64,000 bases of DNA from NCBI GenBank assembly GCA_013265495.1, contig MU057865.1, positions 806,001-870,000 on the forward strand. The letters are read 5' to 3'. The stretch's first letter is position 1, and every line of letters begins with the position of its first letter. A program made the position numbers and the translations under genes. A model generated the notes under the pieces. The model was given only the letters and a program-made list of their open reading frames with translations. It was not told the origin of the DNA and ran no database searches. This DNA comes from Vicugna vicugna (taxonomy: Eukaryota). This document shows, piece by piece, positions 13,091 to 25,982 of the stretch.

Positions 13091-15589
13091 TACAAATAAA
13101 ATATTAAGATGAGAGAATGGGGAGATGTGTGTTCATGAACCCAGGACCCTTCTAGAATTTATATTTTTAAAAAAAGAAAGCATACGACATGCAGGGAAAA
13201 AGCCATTTTCCTTTAAGCCCAGTCCCAGCAAAGAGGATACTGGCAGTCCTCTACAGGTCTGGCCTGTGCCTTCGAACCCCAGGTCTGGAAGAGGTTCTCC
13301 TCTATGTCCCTAAGTGGGGGTGGCCTTTTACACATAATTCTTACAAGCTAATAGCTGCTCTGTCTTAAGACCCTGTAGCCTGGCTCAGAATTTAGGGGCA
13401 GAGGCTATGACCAACATTTCTTCTGCAGTCACCACAATGTTCTGTACAAAATGAGCAGAATAAATACCACTTGCCTGATGAACATGGTTTTCCTTTCATA
13501 ACACACACATTCAAAGCCCAGCTTCCTCAGAGCTGATGAAAAGACCCCTTGGAGCGATGAAGAGCCTTCTCTCACGACCCGTGCCATGAAACGCCCTCGG
13601 GGTATCATCTGTCTCCACGCCAGCGCTTCTGCTGACCATCGTGATCAGGTCTGGGGCCAAACGTAAGGGCCTTTTTAAGAAATAATTCACTATTCAGTAG
13701 CTAAGGAAAGAACATTTCCTTAGACCATAAAGGAACTATAGAATGACTTCTAAATAGAAACCATACAAACAATGATTTTTGAGGACCCATTATTCTTTAG
13801 CCAAATTAAAAAAAAAATTAGATGTAGCTACGCATAATAGGGAGATAGGAATATATTGGATACATTCCAGCCTAAGTGATTTTCAAGAGTTAGAAGAGTT
13901 TTTGGACCTAAGTTTGCTCCCAGTAAAATAGGGTATATGAAAAATTGAGCACCAGAACAAGAAGACTTCTATTTCCTGGCTTCAGCTTCTGTAAGATTTA
14001 TAGATACTTAAAATAAATGTAAAAATCATGTAAATATAGCTGGGTAAGATAAGAGATAATATAAAAAGTTACTTATTTTTCCAAAGGGACTGGCTAAATA
14101 TTCAGTGGTTGATTTACAAGGGAAAATGCCTGCTTTGCTGCAAGTCAGACTTACTCAATTACTGGCTCCTTAAACTATCAAGACAGCTGCCAGATAGGAG
14201 CATTTGGGTGCACAGAAACGGGAACACTCATTTTTTTTGTCAATGCGACCGATCAATAATTTTTTTTTAAAGTTCAACACCTCACGTATACAAAACATTA
14301 TCCTGTCACAAGGAGACTCAAATAGGCATCAGATGTGTCCTCAAATTGCTTATGACCCAGCTGAGCTGAAAATGGGAGGCCCACATACATACATAATACC
14401 GAGATAAGCCGGTGTCATCCTCTCGAAAGTGTGCACCCTCGCTGAGGGTTTACACAAACAGCACTACGGCTTTATGAAAGGGAGTGGGTGCGTCAATGAA
14501 AGCATTTGTCAGGGGTGCCCTCTACAAGGCAGGTGGGTTGTAGGTGGACTATCATGGAGCGTATCAGAGTGGTCCTGGGAACGAGGCATCGAATGCCTAC
14601 CTTGCCTGGAAAGGACGGTCCCTAAATGGGATTACTGGGAGAAGGGCTCAGGAGCAGATCCTCAAAAACCTTGGTATTAGGACTGAGAAATACGAATTTT
14701 AACCTATGAATGATGAGAACGTAAAGGATCTTGAGCAGGAAGTTATTTACCGAAAGGCACTTTCAGATTTCGGGTCTGGGTGAACTATGCAAGGTAATTT
14801 TCAGAGAAGCGATAGCAAGTAGTGAGGATGATAACGAACCCAGATCTGGAGCAACAAAGGTCAGAGTTAAAGACTCCAAAGCGGAGTGCGTGGGTTTGCT
14901 TGGATGCTTGGATGCTTGGATCCTGGAGTTAACCTGAAGCATCGAAATGTCTTTTCCATCCGACTTACAGTACATTTTTTTTTCTCATAACCTCATAAAT
15001 TTGATAATGAAAATCTACATTCTTACAGGGCACAGCATTTTGGGCACACACTTTTTTCTGATCTTTTCGTACTCAAAGACCCACACCGATTCCCCTAGAC
15101 AAAGATCTGCTTAGATCTTCAGCTCTGCCGGCTGAGCTATGGATTGTCTATTCCCGGGGTACTTCTGCAACTGAACCTCACACATCTAAAGATTGGGATT
15201 TAGTTGACAGTGGAATTGAAGAAGTTTCTCTGTGTTCATTCCCCCATCCCTGGTCAGCCGAGGTCATGCTTCCTGGGAGCGAGGCTGCATCTGTCTGGAA
15301 AGACTCCAAGGCTGTTGGGCATTCAGAAAGAAATGGTAAGAACCTTAGCAAAGTTCACACATTGTATTTAATTCTTATTTTTAAAAAGAGAACAGGCTTA
15401 ACAGAAATCCAAATCCTTGCTTAACGTCTCATCTGTTAACCTCGTGCTATAGTTTATAAACCAGCAATGGCAGAGATGAGGAAGTTTGAAACAGAAATCC
15501 TGGAACCAAGGTCAGTCAGGGGCCTGCGACCCACCCAACAGGGGACAATTCGATGAGCTGCTGAGTCTTGCTCTGGTCAAAAAAGGAAG

Positions 15590-15710
15590 CTCTCTTTTTT
15601 TCCTTCCTGCTCTGGCTCTCTTCTCTTTCCCTCCTTCCTCCTTCCCTCTCTTACATCCCTTGTGACCCTCCTTTTCTCTCTTCCCTCTTCGCTTTCTTCT
15701 TTCTGTCTTT
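15590..15710. repeat. Polypyrimidine (CT-rich) low-complexity tract
   Basis: About 120 bp almost entirely C/T on the + strand. Confidence 0.85.
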
Positions 15711-15808
15711 CTGATGAGAAAAATAACTTAATTTTCTTTAGTTTCACTGAACAAAAAGGTTGGGGAGGGAGTGCCTGTTTCCAGTTGTTGTCGGTTTTCC
15801 CATCCTTT

Positions 15809-15811
<3 letters not shown>

Positions 15812-15840
<29 letters not shown>
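15812..15840. repeat. Poly(A)29 homopolymer
   Basis: Directly visible. Confidence 0.95.
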
Positions 15841-15845
<5 letters not shown>

Positions 15846-17048
15846 CCCTTTAGAAGCCCAAAGGTGGAGCTGTTGCAAAAGGAGAGAGCCAGGCAGGCCA
15901 GCTGCGCCGGCGGGGCCTCCGGCACAAGATGCAAACACAGGCATGCGAGGAGCAGCAGATCCTGGAGGCTTTGCTTCCCAAACATAAACATTCCTTTTTT
16001 TTTTTTCTCCCAAAGAGAAATAAAAATCCTGATTACCGCAGATGCATTACTGCCAAATTGTGCAAAATAGAACAAGTATTAAGTGTCTGCTTAACCCCCT
16101 CTAATTGTTAATTCCATACACTTTAGTAGATTTCAGTATTATCAAAATAACTGCAGGGAGAAAGGATTGAAATTCACTTGGGCCATTAAGACCACCGTTT
16201 ATCAGCATAATGTCCTGTGCATAATGATGGGAGGGTCAGTCTATTCTCTCCAGGTCCCCTTTTCTGGGTAGCTCACTGAAATGTTTTCGGGGTGGTTACA
16301 TTTAGGTGGGGGAAAGCCTGGACAAATGCTCGTTTTGGCAGCTGGAAAGCGGCTCCTGCCTGTGCATTCGGCGACCTCTTGCAATAATTTCCCACACGAA
16401 CAGCACTTATTTTTCAGGATCCTAACTTGGTATTTTGCTGTCATCATCCTGAGCAGCAGCAGCAAATTTTGAAAACCCGTTTTATGGAGAGAAAGAGGCC
16501 CAGAGCTCGCTGACTTTTCCTAGCTCCTCTCAGAGATGGAATGAGTTTATTTCTATCCATTTCCATAGACTTTTAGCTCCGAATTTTGTCTCGTAGTTTT
16601 GCTTGTTCTCTTCCCTTGAATCCTTTCCTTCTTCCTTTGTCTCTCTCCCTGAAGCAAAGGCCTTCAGACTGACCTTTCGAGAGCTCTTGAAGCCCACAAT
16701 TTAGCTGATTTCAAAGTGTCCTTATTTATTGTCAATGTATGACTTTCCCCCTCATCATTTTAATGTTTGCTTTCAACCCCCAGTTACTGGAATAAACAGG
16801 GACAAAGTAACCTGAGATGTTTAATGCCACAGAGACAAAAAGGTATTGATCCTTTTTGCTTCTGGAATAAAAAAAAAAGGGGGGTTTGAATAATTTCCAG
16901 ATATATTGTAGATTGCATTGCTATCTTTAATTAAAACATGACATCGGACAAAATCCAATTATCTACTCTTTTAAACCACAGGGCCACCTTTGTCCTAACG
17001 AATTCTGATGTCCCATGTGCAAATTGGCAAGTTTGTTTTCAATACTGC

Positions 17049-17090
17049 TGTGTGTGTGTGTGTGTGTCTGTGTATGTCTGTGTTTGTGTG
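17049..17090. repeat. (TG)n microsatellite, imperfect 3' half
   Basis: tgtgtgtgtgtgtgtgtgtctgtgtatgtctgtgtttgtgtg. Confidence 0.9.
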
Positions 17091-17539
17091 CATCTGCTTG
17101 TACTACTGGCTTGAATGCAAGCATGCTTGTGAATGTATTCTTGGCTTTGCTTCTGGTGGCATTTAAATGTGGGTTTATGTCAGGTAGTTAAAAACATACA
17201 AAAGGCTGAGCTATACCAACATTGCGTATCATGCGTGCCCCCAGGATGACTGAGGAAGGAATTTCCAAAGTGGTTTTATTGGTGCGGCTTTGGTGCGCCG
17301 TGAAACGGGACTTGGGAAGCAGGGGCTGCAGCAAAGTGGAGGAAAATGAAACGCCTTGAAAGGGAGCTGATTTCAGATACAGAAAGAAAGCAACCTCATC
17401 CCACTACGAGGATACTTGAACCGGCTCAGTCCCTTCCTTGTTTCTTATTCTCTCCCAGCTGTCTCAAAAGGCGCATCTCATCACCTGTCTCTGGGGCTTT
17501 TCCTCTGATCCAGACCTGGCCTGTGTTCCGTTCTTTCCT

Positions 17540-17890
17540 TTCAGACGCTGCTGGTCTCCAAGACGTCTCCTGCGCAGCCCCTGCCATCTGGAGCTGTCTG
17601 CCTTCGACTCCGCCGTGCAGGCTCAGGCTCCTTGAACCTGTCATCGCGAAACAAATTTATTACCTCCTCGTGCCCGGGCCTCTTGGTGCCACGCTCCTGC
17701 TGCTCCGCGACCACGCCGGGCAGAGCCAGGGCGACGCTACCCCCTGCGTTGGTGCTGAGCGGTGCCGTGAGCGCGAGGAGCACGGCCTCGGAGGGAGAGG
17801 TGGGCACGGCGGGCTGCTGCCTGCGGCCGGCTCGGCGGCCGATGCTAAGCGGTACCCCAGGCAGCTCCGACGTTTCGGGGGGGGCGCCTT
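17540..17890. promoter_or_regulatory. Small CpG island (candidate alternative promoter or poised enhancer)
   Basis: About 36 CpGs counted by eye in ~350 bp of GC-rich unique sequence, against a CpG-depleted background. No repeat recognised. Confidence 0.75.
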
Positions 17891-18869
17891 CTCCTCACTT
17901 TGCTGCTACTGGCTATGCTGTGAAATTCAGCTGGTGTGAAATGAATCTACTGTGACTGCTTCTCCCTCTCAGTAGCTGAGAATGTACCCACATGCCTCAG
18001 GTGGCCGTGCCTTTTAGGCCGTGGCCCTTAGTGGCTCCATCCTCTGGAAGAGCGGATCCACTCACAAAGGAGAAGTTGTTTTAGAGACCGGAGAACATGG
18101 ATGTTCTGCAAACCCTTTTCCCGACAAAATGGCAGGCTTGCTGAAGTCTTACAGACAAGACGGATCTAATCCACCGTGAGCAGAGAAATCCATTTGCACA
18201 TCTGCATTTGCAAAACTAGCCTTGAAGTCCGTGCCTTATGACCTAGTTACAGTTAGTCCCATGGTACTGAACGGTTCTCTCTGCATTCCTAGTAATAAAA
18301 TCGCATTTCAGGGACCCACGATAGATACACTGAACAAATAGATACAGATAAGATACAAAAGGACAGACACAGGTTCAAGTGCATCCTGGGATGGCAAGAG
18401 TTATATCTCACAGGCATTGGACAGTGATCGAAACAGTTCGAAAATACTTTACTTTTTAAAAAAGAAATTTAAACTCCACTTGGCTCGGTACCTTCATTTA
18501 CGCCATCACTTCTTTGATTATGGTTGCCCCTTAATTGATAACATTAAATGAATGAGGGGTAAAGTGACTGCCAAATGCGTCCCGCTGCAGTTTTTGACAG
18601 ATGCTCTGATATGAGCTGCTGTAATAATGGACAAGGAAGGGGAGAGCTCCAAGAGGACTTTAGAGTTCAGCTTTGGTTGAAAGGGTATCATTAGTCACAT
18701 GTGAGAAATAGTAACATTTTCCATTAATTCCAAAGAACTTCCCAAATGTATGTGGATGTCCATGGCTAGTATTATGGTGGAAATGCAGCGAGGCCTGAGG
18801 AAGGGAAAGAAACTAAAGCCTTTGAGGGTCTATGAAACGGGGGAGAAATTATACATCTTCCATCTCCTG

Positions 18870-18970
18870 GGCATTTAAATCTCATAGACTCATCTCAGCA
18901 GCCACACAAAGCGAATGTTGTTACCTCGATTTGACACACGATGAAACTGAGGCTCAGAGGCGTGAGATCA
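18870..18970 (-). mobile_element. MIR fragment
   Basis: catttaaatctcata...ttacctcgatttgacacacgatgaaactgaggctcagagg is the antisense MIR core. Confidence 0.7.
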
Positions 18971-19007
18971 AAGCGGCCTCCTGATTGAAAAAAAAAATTT
19001 TAACTCT

Positions 19008-19175
19008 GGGGGAGTGTATAGCTCAGGGATAGAGCACGTGCTTAGCATGCACGAGGTCCTGGGTTCAATCCCCAGCACCTTCATGAAAATACATAAGGAA
19101 ATAAATAAATCTAATTACCTCACTCCCAACACAAAAATAAAAAGTAAATAAAATATTGAAAACAAAAACAAAAAA
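19008..19175 (+). mobile_element. tRNA-Ala-derived SINE (camelid vic-1-like)
   Basis: gggggagtgtatagctcagggatagagcacgtgcttagcatgcacgaggtcctgggttcaatccccagcaccttca is a tRNA-Ala(AGC)-like head with A and B boxes. It is followed by aaataaataaatctaattacc and an A-rich tail shared with the copy at 60.6 kb. Confidence 0.9.
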
Positions 19176-22100
19176 TGCACCCCCAGTGGGTTAGTCTGTG
19201 AGGAGAGCAGCTCTGCTGGTCTGTCACGTCAGAGATCCTGGAGAATAATTATGAGCACAGAATTCAAATCCCAGAGAGCAAGGGATGAGAGACGGGGAGA
19301 GGGAAGGTCACCAAGGCACAGGGACATTTGGTGAATTCTGCTGAGCCTTGGGGCTGCAGGAATAGACCCGCTGGATCTAACTGCTCGCTCACATCTCCCG
19401 ACCAAAACCAGGCTGAGGACCAGGGCCCTTGAGAGCAGAGTTCTTCCAGAGCACTCTCAGGGCTGTGTTTGAGCTGGAATAAAACTGTTCTGTCCCATTC
19501 TTGGCTAATCTACCCTTAAAAAAGAAAGAATTCCTAAGGGGTGGGGACATAAAAGCTTAAGTTACTAACCCCCTCCTGGCTTTAAGGACAGAAGCAGGTT
19601 TCAAATGCTACTAACTTTTCACCCAAGACTGAGAGGAAGTGAAGGGCCTAATGTTGAATTATGACTATTTTTTTCAATCTGTGTTCTCTTCCTTTATGTT
19701 CTTAAGAAAGAGGTGGGCCATATCCTCAAAAGTCAAGAAAATTGAAAAAAAAAAAGTAAAATGAAACACTCAGACAAATAAATAAAACATAAGGAAAATA
19801 TAGACGATGTTTTCTGAGCAATGGGACATCCAAATGGCCCTTGTTGTCTGGAGATGGAAAAGCCAGCTTATCACAGTTGCCTTCTTGCTTTATTCATCCT
19901 GTTAAGGAAGAAAGACAGCCCCTAACCGTCAGAACCCATCATTGAACCGTACAGAAGCACTGTGGTTAAAGAGGCAGGCTTTACCAAAGACACACACACA
20001 CTACTGTGCAGTTTTATTTTACCAGAACTCAGAGTGTTTAGATATTTTATATATTGTCTGGGCAACACATAGAACCTTCAAAGCTACTATTTTAGAGACA
20101 TCAATACACTCAAATAAATTTTTTTTTCTAATTTGTTTTTCTCCAATCTGATCATTGTTTGGAAACCAAACAATGTCCATTGTCTGGCTCAAGGTCAGGT
20201 TTAAAATGGGTTGAGTAGAGGGAGATCAGAATGAAGTGCGTTCATTTTATACTGATGCTACACTTAATGATGCTAATGTGACCACTATGAATGTGTCTAA
20301 GGATTAAATTAGTTCTAGGAAGAACGCTATACATGTGTCTATTTGCTGCACCAATATTAAGAATTCTAATCAGGAAACACTCTCATCTTCTTTGAGTCCT
20401 GACATCACCAAGGCTAAGGTTCTTCTCTGCTAACTGGATTACACGTGCTACTTGAAAGTTGCCTGGAAGTTGCATTTAGCACCAGTTTCCACCAAACTTT
20501 CTATCCTGTGTCCCAAATGAAAGCAAGGGTGGATGGTAAAAGTACAATCTGCCTTCAGTGAACTAAAGACTTGTGATTTCAGAGAGTTGCTTCACCCTTA
20601 AGAGACGGTGTCTTCTCAAGTCTTAGAACTGTAAAATACTGTTGGTAAACATCATGGTGACATGTGAAAATCCTGGGTCTCTTGGCCCTTTTATGAAGAA
20701 ACGTCCCTCAGTCATTAAGAATCAAGACCACCCATCTTTATAAGTGGGTGTGGGTAAATTACCAGGTTTACAGCAAATTTACACACTAATGGAAAAATAG
20801 CTCGAAATTTATTTCCCGATCAGTCAGTTCCCCTTGACTCCTGCACCTCCAACTTGAAGTCTTACAGCATCATTATGACTACTCTTTACTTTATTATCTG
20901 TTTGTTATCCGATCTTGGCATAAACGTGGATCTTAATTTAACTGGACATGGCACTGGAACCTCATTTGAATGTTGCACTCCTCGGTGATGAAGACTTGCT
21001 CTTAAATTTTCCTTCCGTAAACTCCTGCTTCACTGCCTCATTTACTCCATTGTTCAGTTGATTATTTGCTCATCAAACATTACTAAGTAGCTATTCTCAT
21101 TGCTTATTGAAAGTGGAGTGACGACACCCACATAAATGAGATATTTAAAGCAATGTAATCTATATCAAAATTAAAAGAATACATTTACAGTATTGAATCT
21201 ATGTATCCTCTAATCAGGGTAGGAAAGAAAAAAAAAAAACAAACTTTGATGAACAGTTCTGTCTTTGGCAGCTATCAGCAGAGTCCTCCAAACTCTACAG
21301 GAAGCTCCGTATGAAATTTATGACTGGCAGGACAGTCTTGTTTGCAAATGTATTCCATCAGTCTGAGATTTGCAGCGAGCCCGGGTCACTCACATTATTT
21401 ACTCAATGCATCTTTTTATTCATGGGTCATTCCATCATTTTTACCGGATTAAAAAAAAAACCATGAAGTCTGTAAGTATTGCTTCTTTTTGAATGTCCTG
21501 TAAGTGAGATGGCTAAGTAAACAATTAGAAGTGCATTCTAGGTGGCTTTGACCAAAAGAAGAAATGGGTGGAAAAGAGTTATACATGAATTTTGTAACAT
21601 TTCACCTAATTTAGAGCTACCTGGTGTGAGGATAGGAGGGTGGCAGGAGGTGGTTGTTCAGACTGAGTGCTGGTTATTTTCTGATTAAAGACAAGACAAC
21701 TGCTGACCTTGGATTCCTGGTGGTCATGACGCATAATCTGGGGGCACTGTTTGTATCAGGGTCCAAGTGGACAGGGCTGGGTGGCACTCAACCTGCAAGG
21801 TCACACTTCCTCAAGGTCTCTGCTGACCTTAAGATGGCTATATGGATGTCACCATCAGGACCATTTTAAGGTCCCATGTGTGAAAGTTTCTACCCAGGGC
21901 AGTCAGGTTATTAATGGCTAAAGTTTAGAGAGAATGTCTGTAGAAAAATCCATTCTCCTATCATTACTCCAGGAAATTGTTTCTTCTTTGAAAAACGTTA
22001 CTGCTCATGTGCATATACTTTGCTTTTCTACCCCTTGGTAGCCACATGCTGGATGTGAGCCTTTTTTTCCCTTTTTCCCTTGACTTTTTGGCAGTTAGAG

Positions 22101-23254
22101 TGCCAAGGTGCCCATGAGGACTGAGAGTTTGGAAGAATTTTCCTAGTGAACGCAGGGGTGTCTACTGCCGGCAGACAGAACCACGACTTATTTTGAAAAA
22201 CATTCATTTGGGCTAAAAATGATAAATCTGTATTTATCTACTTAAAATGTTCCCAAAGGAGAAGAAAAAGGAAAAGAGGGCTTGGATTTGGAAAGCGTAG
22301 AGACCAGAGAAACGAAGAAGGCAAAAATCTGCTTTTCCCAATAATTTATCTTCTTTGATCCTTCCCAGTGGGCACTGGGTACTTTTCCAGGCTGTATTTT
22401 GAAAGATAAAATAAATATTTCATTTAACCAGCTGTATTCCAGAATCTGCAACTAGCCGAAGCCTCATTATGAAGAAATGGGAGAGGCTGCTTTGTCTCAA
22501 CACTTGTAGGGTTCCCCCACTCTCCCAAAGCAGAGCACGCCTTTGAAACCTTTTGTAAACTGGGATGACGTAAAGCAGAGAAGCAGGTACCTTAGGACAC
22601 ATCTTGCTAACGGATGCACAAAATAAATCGAGGTGAAGCACAGATGCTCATGGACACAGCTCAGAGCGCGAATGGCCTGATGCTGAGATGATGAGTGTAG
22701 CTCCCGGGAAGGGGCTTGCTGGGGACACCCTGGCTGCTTTGGGATGTGCCCTGCCTCTGCGATGGCTCCCTGCCAGACAAACACTGAACGCTGTTTTCAC
22801 TTACCTTGTTTCTTTGTAAAAGCAAAATCCTTTTTGGATCTCTTTTGGTTAGCAAAAACAGGTTCAAATGTAGGTCTTATAAAAGTAAAGTGGCATAAAG
22901 TATATATTTGGAAAGTGGGGGATACCTGTATAAGCCAGAAGAAAATGTTTTACAAATAAGAAATGGTAGATACCTTTTCTGGGCATCATACTAGCTGGGA
23001 CTTTTGACAGCTTTGCAATGCTTCCCAACAAAGTCTTTCTGGTTAAGTTAGTCATGGTTTCTAACATGCTCTACATACTACCCAGGATCATTTTCTCCCA
23101 ATGTTTAACTATTTTGTGAGCAAGAAGTAATTAAATATATTGGAAGATAAATAGAATAAATGAAGGAATTTTGTATGTTTTTGTTAAGGAAATCAACAGC
23201 TCCATTTTCCCCCAGTGGATAATCCAGTGTTGAGAATTAGTCCAATTATAAATG

Positions 23255-23345
23255 CACATTAATTATAATATTGTATTATACATTATATAATGATATATTA
23301 TAATATGCATGTTATATAATTATATTTTAGTATAATAACACATTA
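23255..23345. repeat. AT-rich low-complexity tract
   Basis: Degenerate (TATAA/TATTA) repeats. Confidence 0.8.
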
Positions 23346-23451
23346 AGAAATATACAAGTAAATATTTTTGTATACAAAAAACACTATAGTATTTCTTCCT
23401 TAATTTTCTTTTTTCTTAGTTAAAGACGAGTGACTCTCTTGTATTATTATA

Positions 23452-23604
23452 CAGTCCTTTTCCAACTTTAATGTGCATATGAATCAACTAGAGATCTTGT
23501 TAAACATGCACTTTCTGATTTGGGCAGGGTCTTGGTTTCTGCCCATCTAATACGTTCCCAGAAGGTTCCAGGGCTGTTGGTCCACAGCTCACACTTGTAG
23601 CAAG
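23452..23604. mobile_element. hAT-Charlie MITE, MER5A-like
   Basis: cagtcctttccaactttaatgtgcatatgaatcaactagagatcttgttaaacatgca...ggtccacagctcacacttgtagcaag follows the MER5A consensus as recalled. Confidence 0.75.
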
Positions 23605-23609
23605 TCTCC

Positions 23610-23700
23610 TCATGTCACTGCTTAGAATATTGGTTGGCAAATAATGGACACTCGATAAACATTTGCCAATAGGTGAATGAATGGATAAATAAATGAATCT
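23610..23700 (+). mobile_element. L2 3' end
   Basis: cttagaatattggttggcaaataatggacactcgataaacatttgccaataggtgaatgaatggataaataaatgaat. Confidence 0.65.
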
Positions 23701-23984
23701 CAGGCATATTCTTATTTTTAAATTCTTTATGATATCATCTCCTAGTTGGGTTAATCACTGAGTTCAGTTAACCCAAATACGATTGGTGTTTATATCAGAT
23801 GAAATGTGCCCAAATGTATGGCTTCTCAAGTGAAAAATATTTTCTTTCTCAGGGAAAATAGAATTATAGCATATATTCAATTATAGAATTTTATTAAACA
23901 GATTAGGGGAAAAGAGCCATAGAAGTCAAGTTTAGGAAGCCACATGTTGTAGCTGAAAATCAAAGTTGGGTGAGAATGGTGTTT

Positions 23985-24135
23985 ACATCAGACAGACCCG
24001 GGGTCAAACCTTACTTGCCTTGTCTGCTGTGTGGCCTTGGGCAGCCGCTTCACTAAGCTTCAGCATCCTCCTCCAAAAATGGAAGAATGTTTTCCTATAT
24101 AAAATTATGAGGAAAGACTGAAATGAATTCTGTAA
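23985..24135 (+). mobile_element. MIR SINE
   Basis: tcagacagacccggggtcaaac...tgtgtggccttgggcagccgcttcactaagcttcagcatcctcctccaaaaatgg. Confidence 0.7.
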
Positions 24136-24247
24136 ACATTAGATTTCTTTGTCTTTTCCCTTATCCTTGCCCAAAGGGACATCATGAGGAAGTGTCACAG
24201 CAAGATGGTAATTCCAAGTCACTTAGCTGCCAACTCTTTGCTCACAG

Positions 24248-24287
24248 AAAACAAAACAAAACAAAACAAAACAAAACAAAACAAAAC
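24248..24287. repeat. (AAAAC)8 microsatellite
   Basis: Directly visible. Confidence 0.95.
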
Positions 24288-24729
24288 ATCAGATTTCTGT
24301 AGACATGCTCCTCCAGTTTTGGAGAATAGAGGAGGCAGGTGGTAAATACTCTTAGAGTATATATTTCTCCAGCATTAATTATTTTTGTACTAGTTTTAGC
24401 ATAAGAAATGGCCACTCGCTTTATGCAGCATAAGAGTCTGGGAAGTGCTCCCATCCTTGCCAGTGCTGAAGGCTTTTTCCAAGTTGAAAACTGAACATTT
24501 TCTTCATACATTTTCTTCTCCTTTTATAAATGTTATAACTTTCAATAGCACATCATTGGTTTGCTGTCCTGATGGCAAGAGCTTCTCACGTGCAAATTCA
24601 GCGATTTAAATCTATTTCCTGTTCTCTTTGAAAAATGGAAATAGATGGTACAAAGCAACCTCTTCCTCAAGGAGAAAAGGGGGCAATATTTAATATGCTA
24701 TTTACTTTTTTCCTTCTCACTTAAGCCTG

Positions 24730-24870
24730 TCAACAATCCTGAGTTGAGTGCTCTTAAGTTTGTCTTACAGATCATGAAATTGAGTCTAAAAAAAGTGAAA
24801 TATCTTTCCCAAGGTTACAGCTAGTAAATGGAAGTGAAGATTTGACTCAAAATTTCACTCTTCTGTAAGT
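24730..24870 (-). mobile_element. MIR fragment
   Basis: ttacagatcatgaaattgagtctaaaaaaagtgaaatatctttcccaaggttacagctagtaaatgg. Confidence 0.7.
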
Positions 24871-25463
24871 GCATAAAGATGAGGCATGGTCAGTTTGGTG
24901 ACCTATGCTCTGGGTATGACAGTGCAGGATCCAGGAGGCACCTTGTCTGGACCAACAAGTGTTCTTGTGAGGAAACTCCTTGCCTGGAGCTGGGCAGTGG
25001 GGTCTCTTGACTAGGGAGCCGTGAGCTCTTTGTACCCCAAAACCCCACAGGTTTCCCCACAGTGTGTCACATTTTACTTGTTTTCCTTTGATAGGTAATG
25101 AGTTGACTATCAAGTCTTGATTATGGGATCTCTTTCCAATAGAACCTGCAAAACAGAAGCGTCCCCTTAGCCCAAGGAGAAGGCACTATTTTTGTTTTCG
25201 TTTATAGATAAAAGTCTGTCTTGGTCTATGGTTGTTCCAATCTACAGAGCTTTCTCCTGAATTTCAAACAAGTCACAGTCTGTGCCACGTAACTGTTAAT
25301 TTAGTCTTTGAGTCTGTTCTCTGCTATTTTCCCCATTGTTTCAAAGCGTGATGGGTTTGTCCTCTCAGTTTACAGATTATGTGAAATCAAGTTTTGTGGC
25401 TTCTTCCTCCTTCTCTTCCTCCTCATCTTCCTCTCTTCCTTTGACGTTGTCTTCTTATTTTCG

Positions 25464-25982
25464 TGAAAATAAATGAAGACCAGCAAATGAGTAAAGCAAA
25501 GGCTATGTGAACCGCTAGAGCCAGGGACTCAGGCGTCTCACTTGCATTTGGGCAGAGACTCAAAGGCAGACAGAGGAGAGGGGAAACTTCAGAGTGGAAA
25601 GGAGGGTGGTTTCAGGACCGAGCCTGAGGAAGCTGCACTTGGCAAACTAGAAATGGGGCATCTGTGTAACTGGTTAGCAAAGTACATTAGGCTTCCTCTA
25701 GTTGTCCCTAAGTTGGGAGCAGGGACAAAAATTAAGGAAGCTGCAAGTTAATAACGAGGTCCTGTCCATTTTGGGGTCAATTATCACAGAAATGAATGTT
25801 TAGCTTCCCGGATTGTCAACAGAGATAGCAATCAGGCTTCCTGCAAGTCTGACATAACAGTCTGACTTCCAGGCTTGTTTGTCGTCAATGAGAGGGTTGG
25901 TTTCCTGTGCAGATTGCTGCAAGTATGGGTCAAAGCTCTATTTTTAAATATGGTCTGATCATTCTCCATTTTTATCCTTTCT
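25464..25982 (-). mobile_element. Solo LTR, ERV1-type (MER67/MER89-like by recall)
   Basis: The reverse complement of the right end reads aaaaatggagaatgatcagaccatatttaaaaatagagctttgacccatacttgcagcaatc, resembling the 5' end of MER67/MER89-class LTRs. About 520 bp. Subfamily uncertain. Confidence 0.6.

Noticed and set aside
15662..16075. Poly-Lys / poly-Phe ORFs
   Set aside because: These are translation artefacts of the A29 and T12 homopolymers.
17346..17939. Longest ORF in the window (197 aa) as a protein-coding gene
   Set aside because: It overlaps the CpG island, where stop codons are rare, and several frames on both strands are open. There is no recognisable domain.
19008..19083. Functional tRNA-Ala gene
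   Set aside because: The acceptor-stem region has extra bases and there is no oligo-T terminator. It has the SINE-type A-rich tail shared with a TSD-flanked copy at 60.6 kb.
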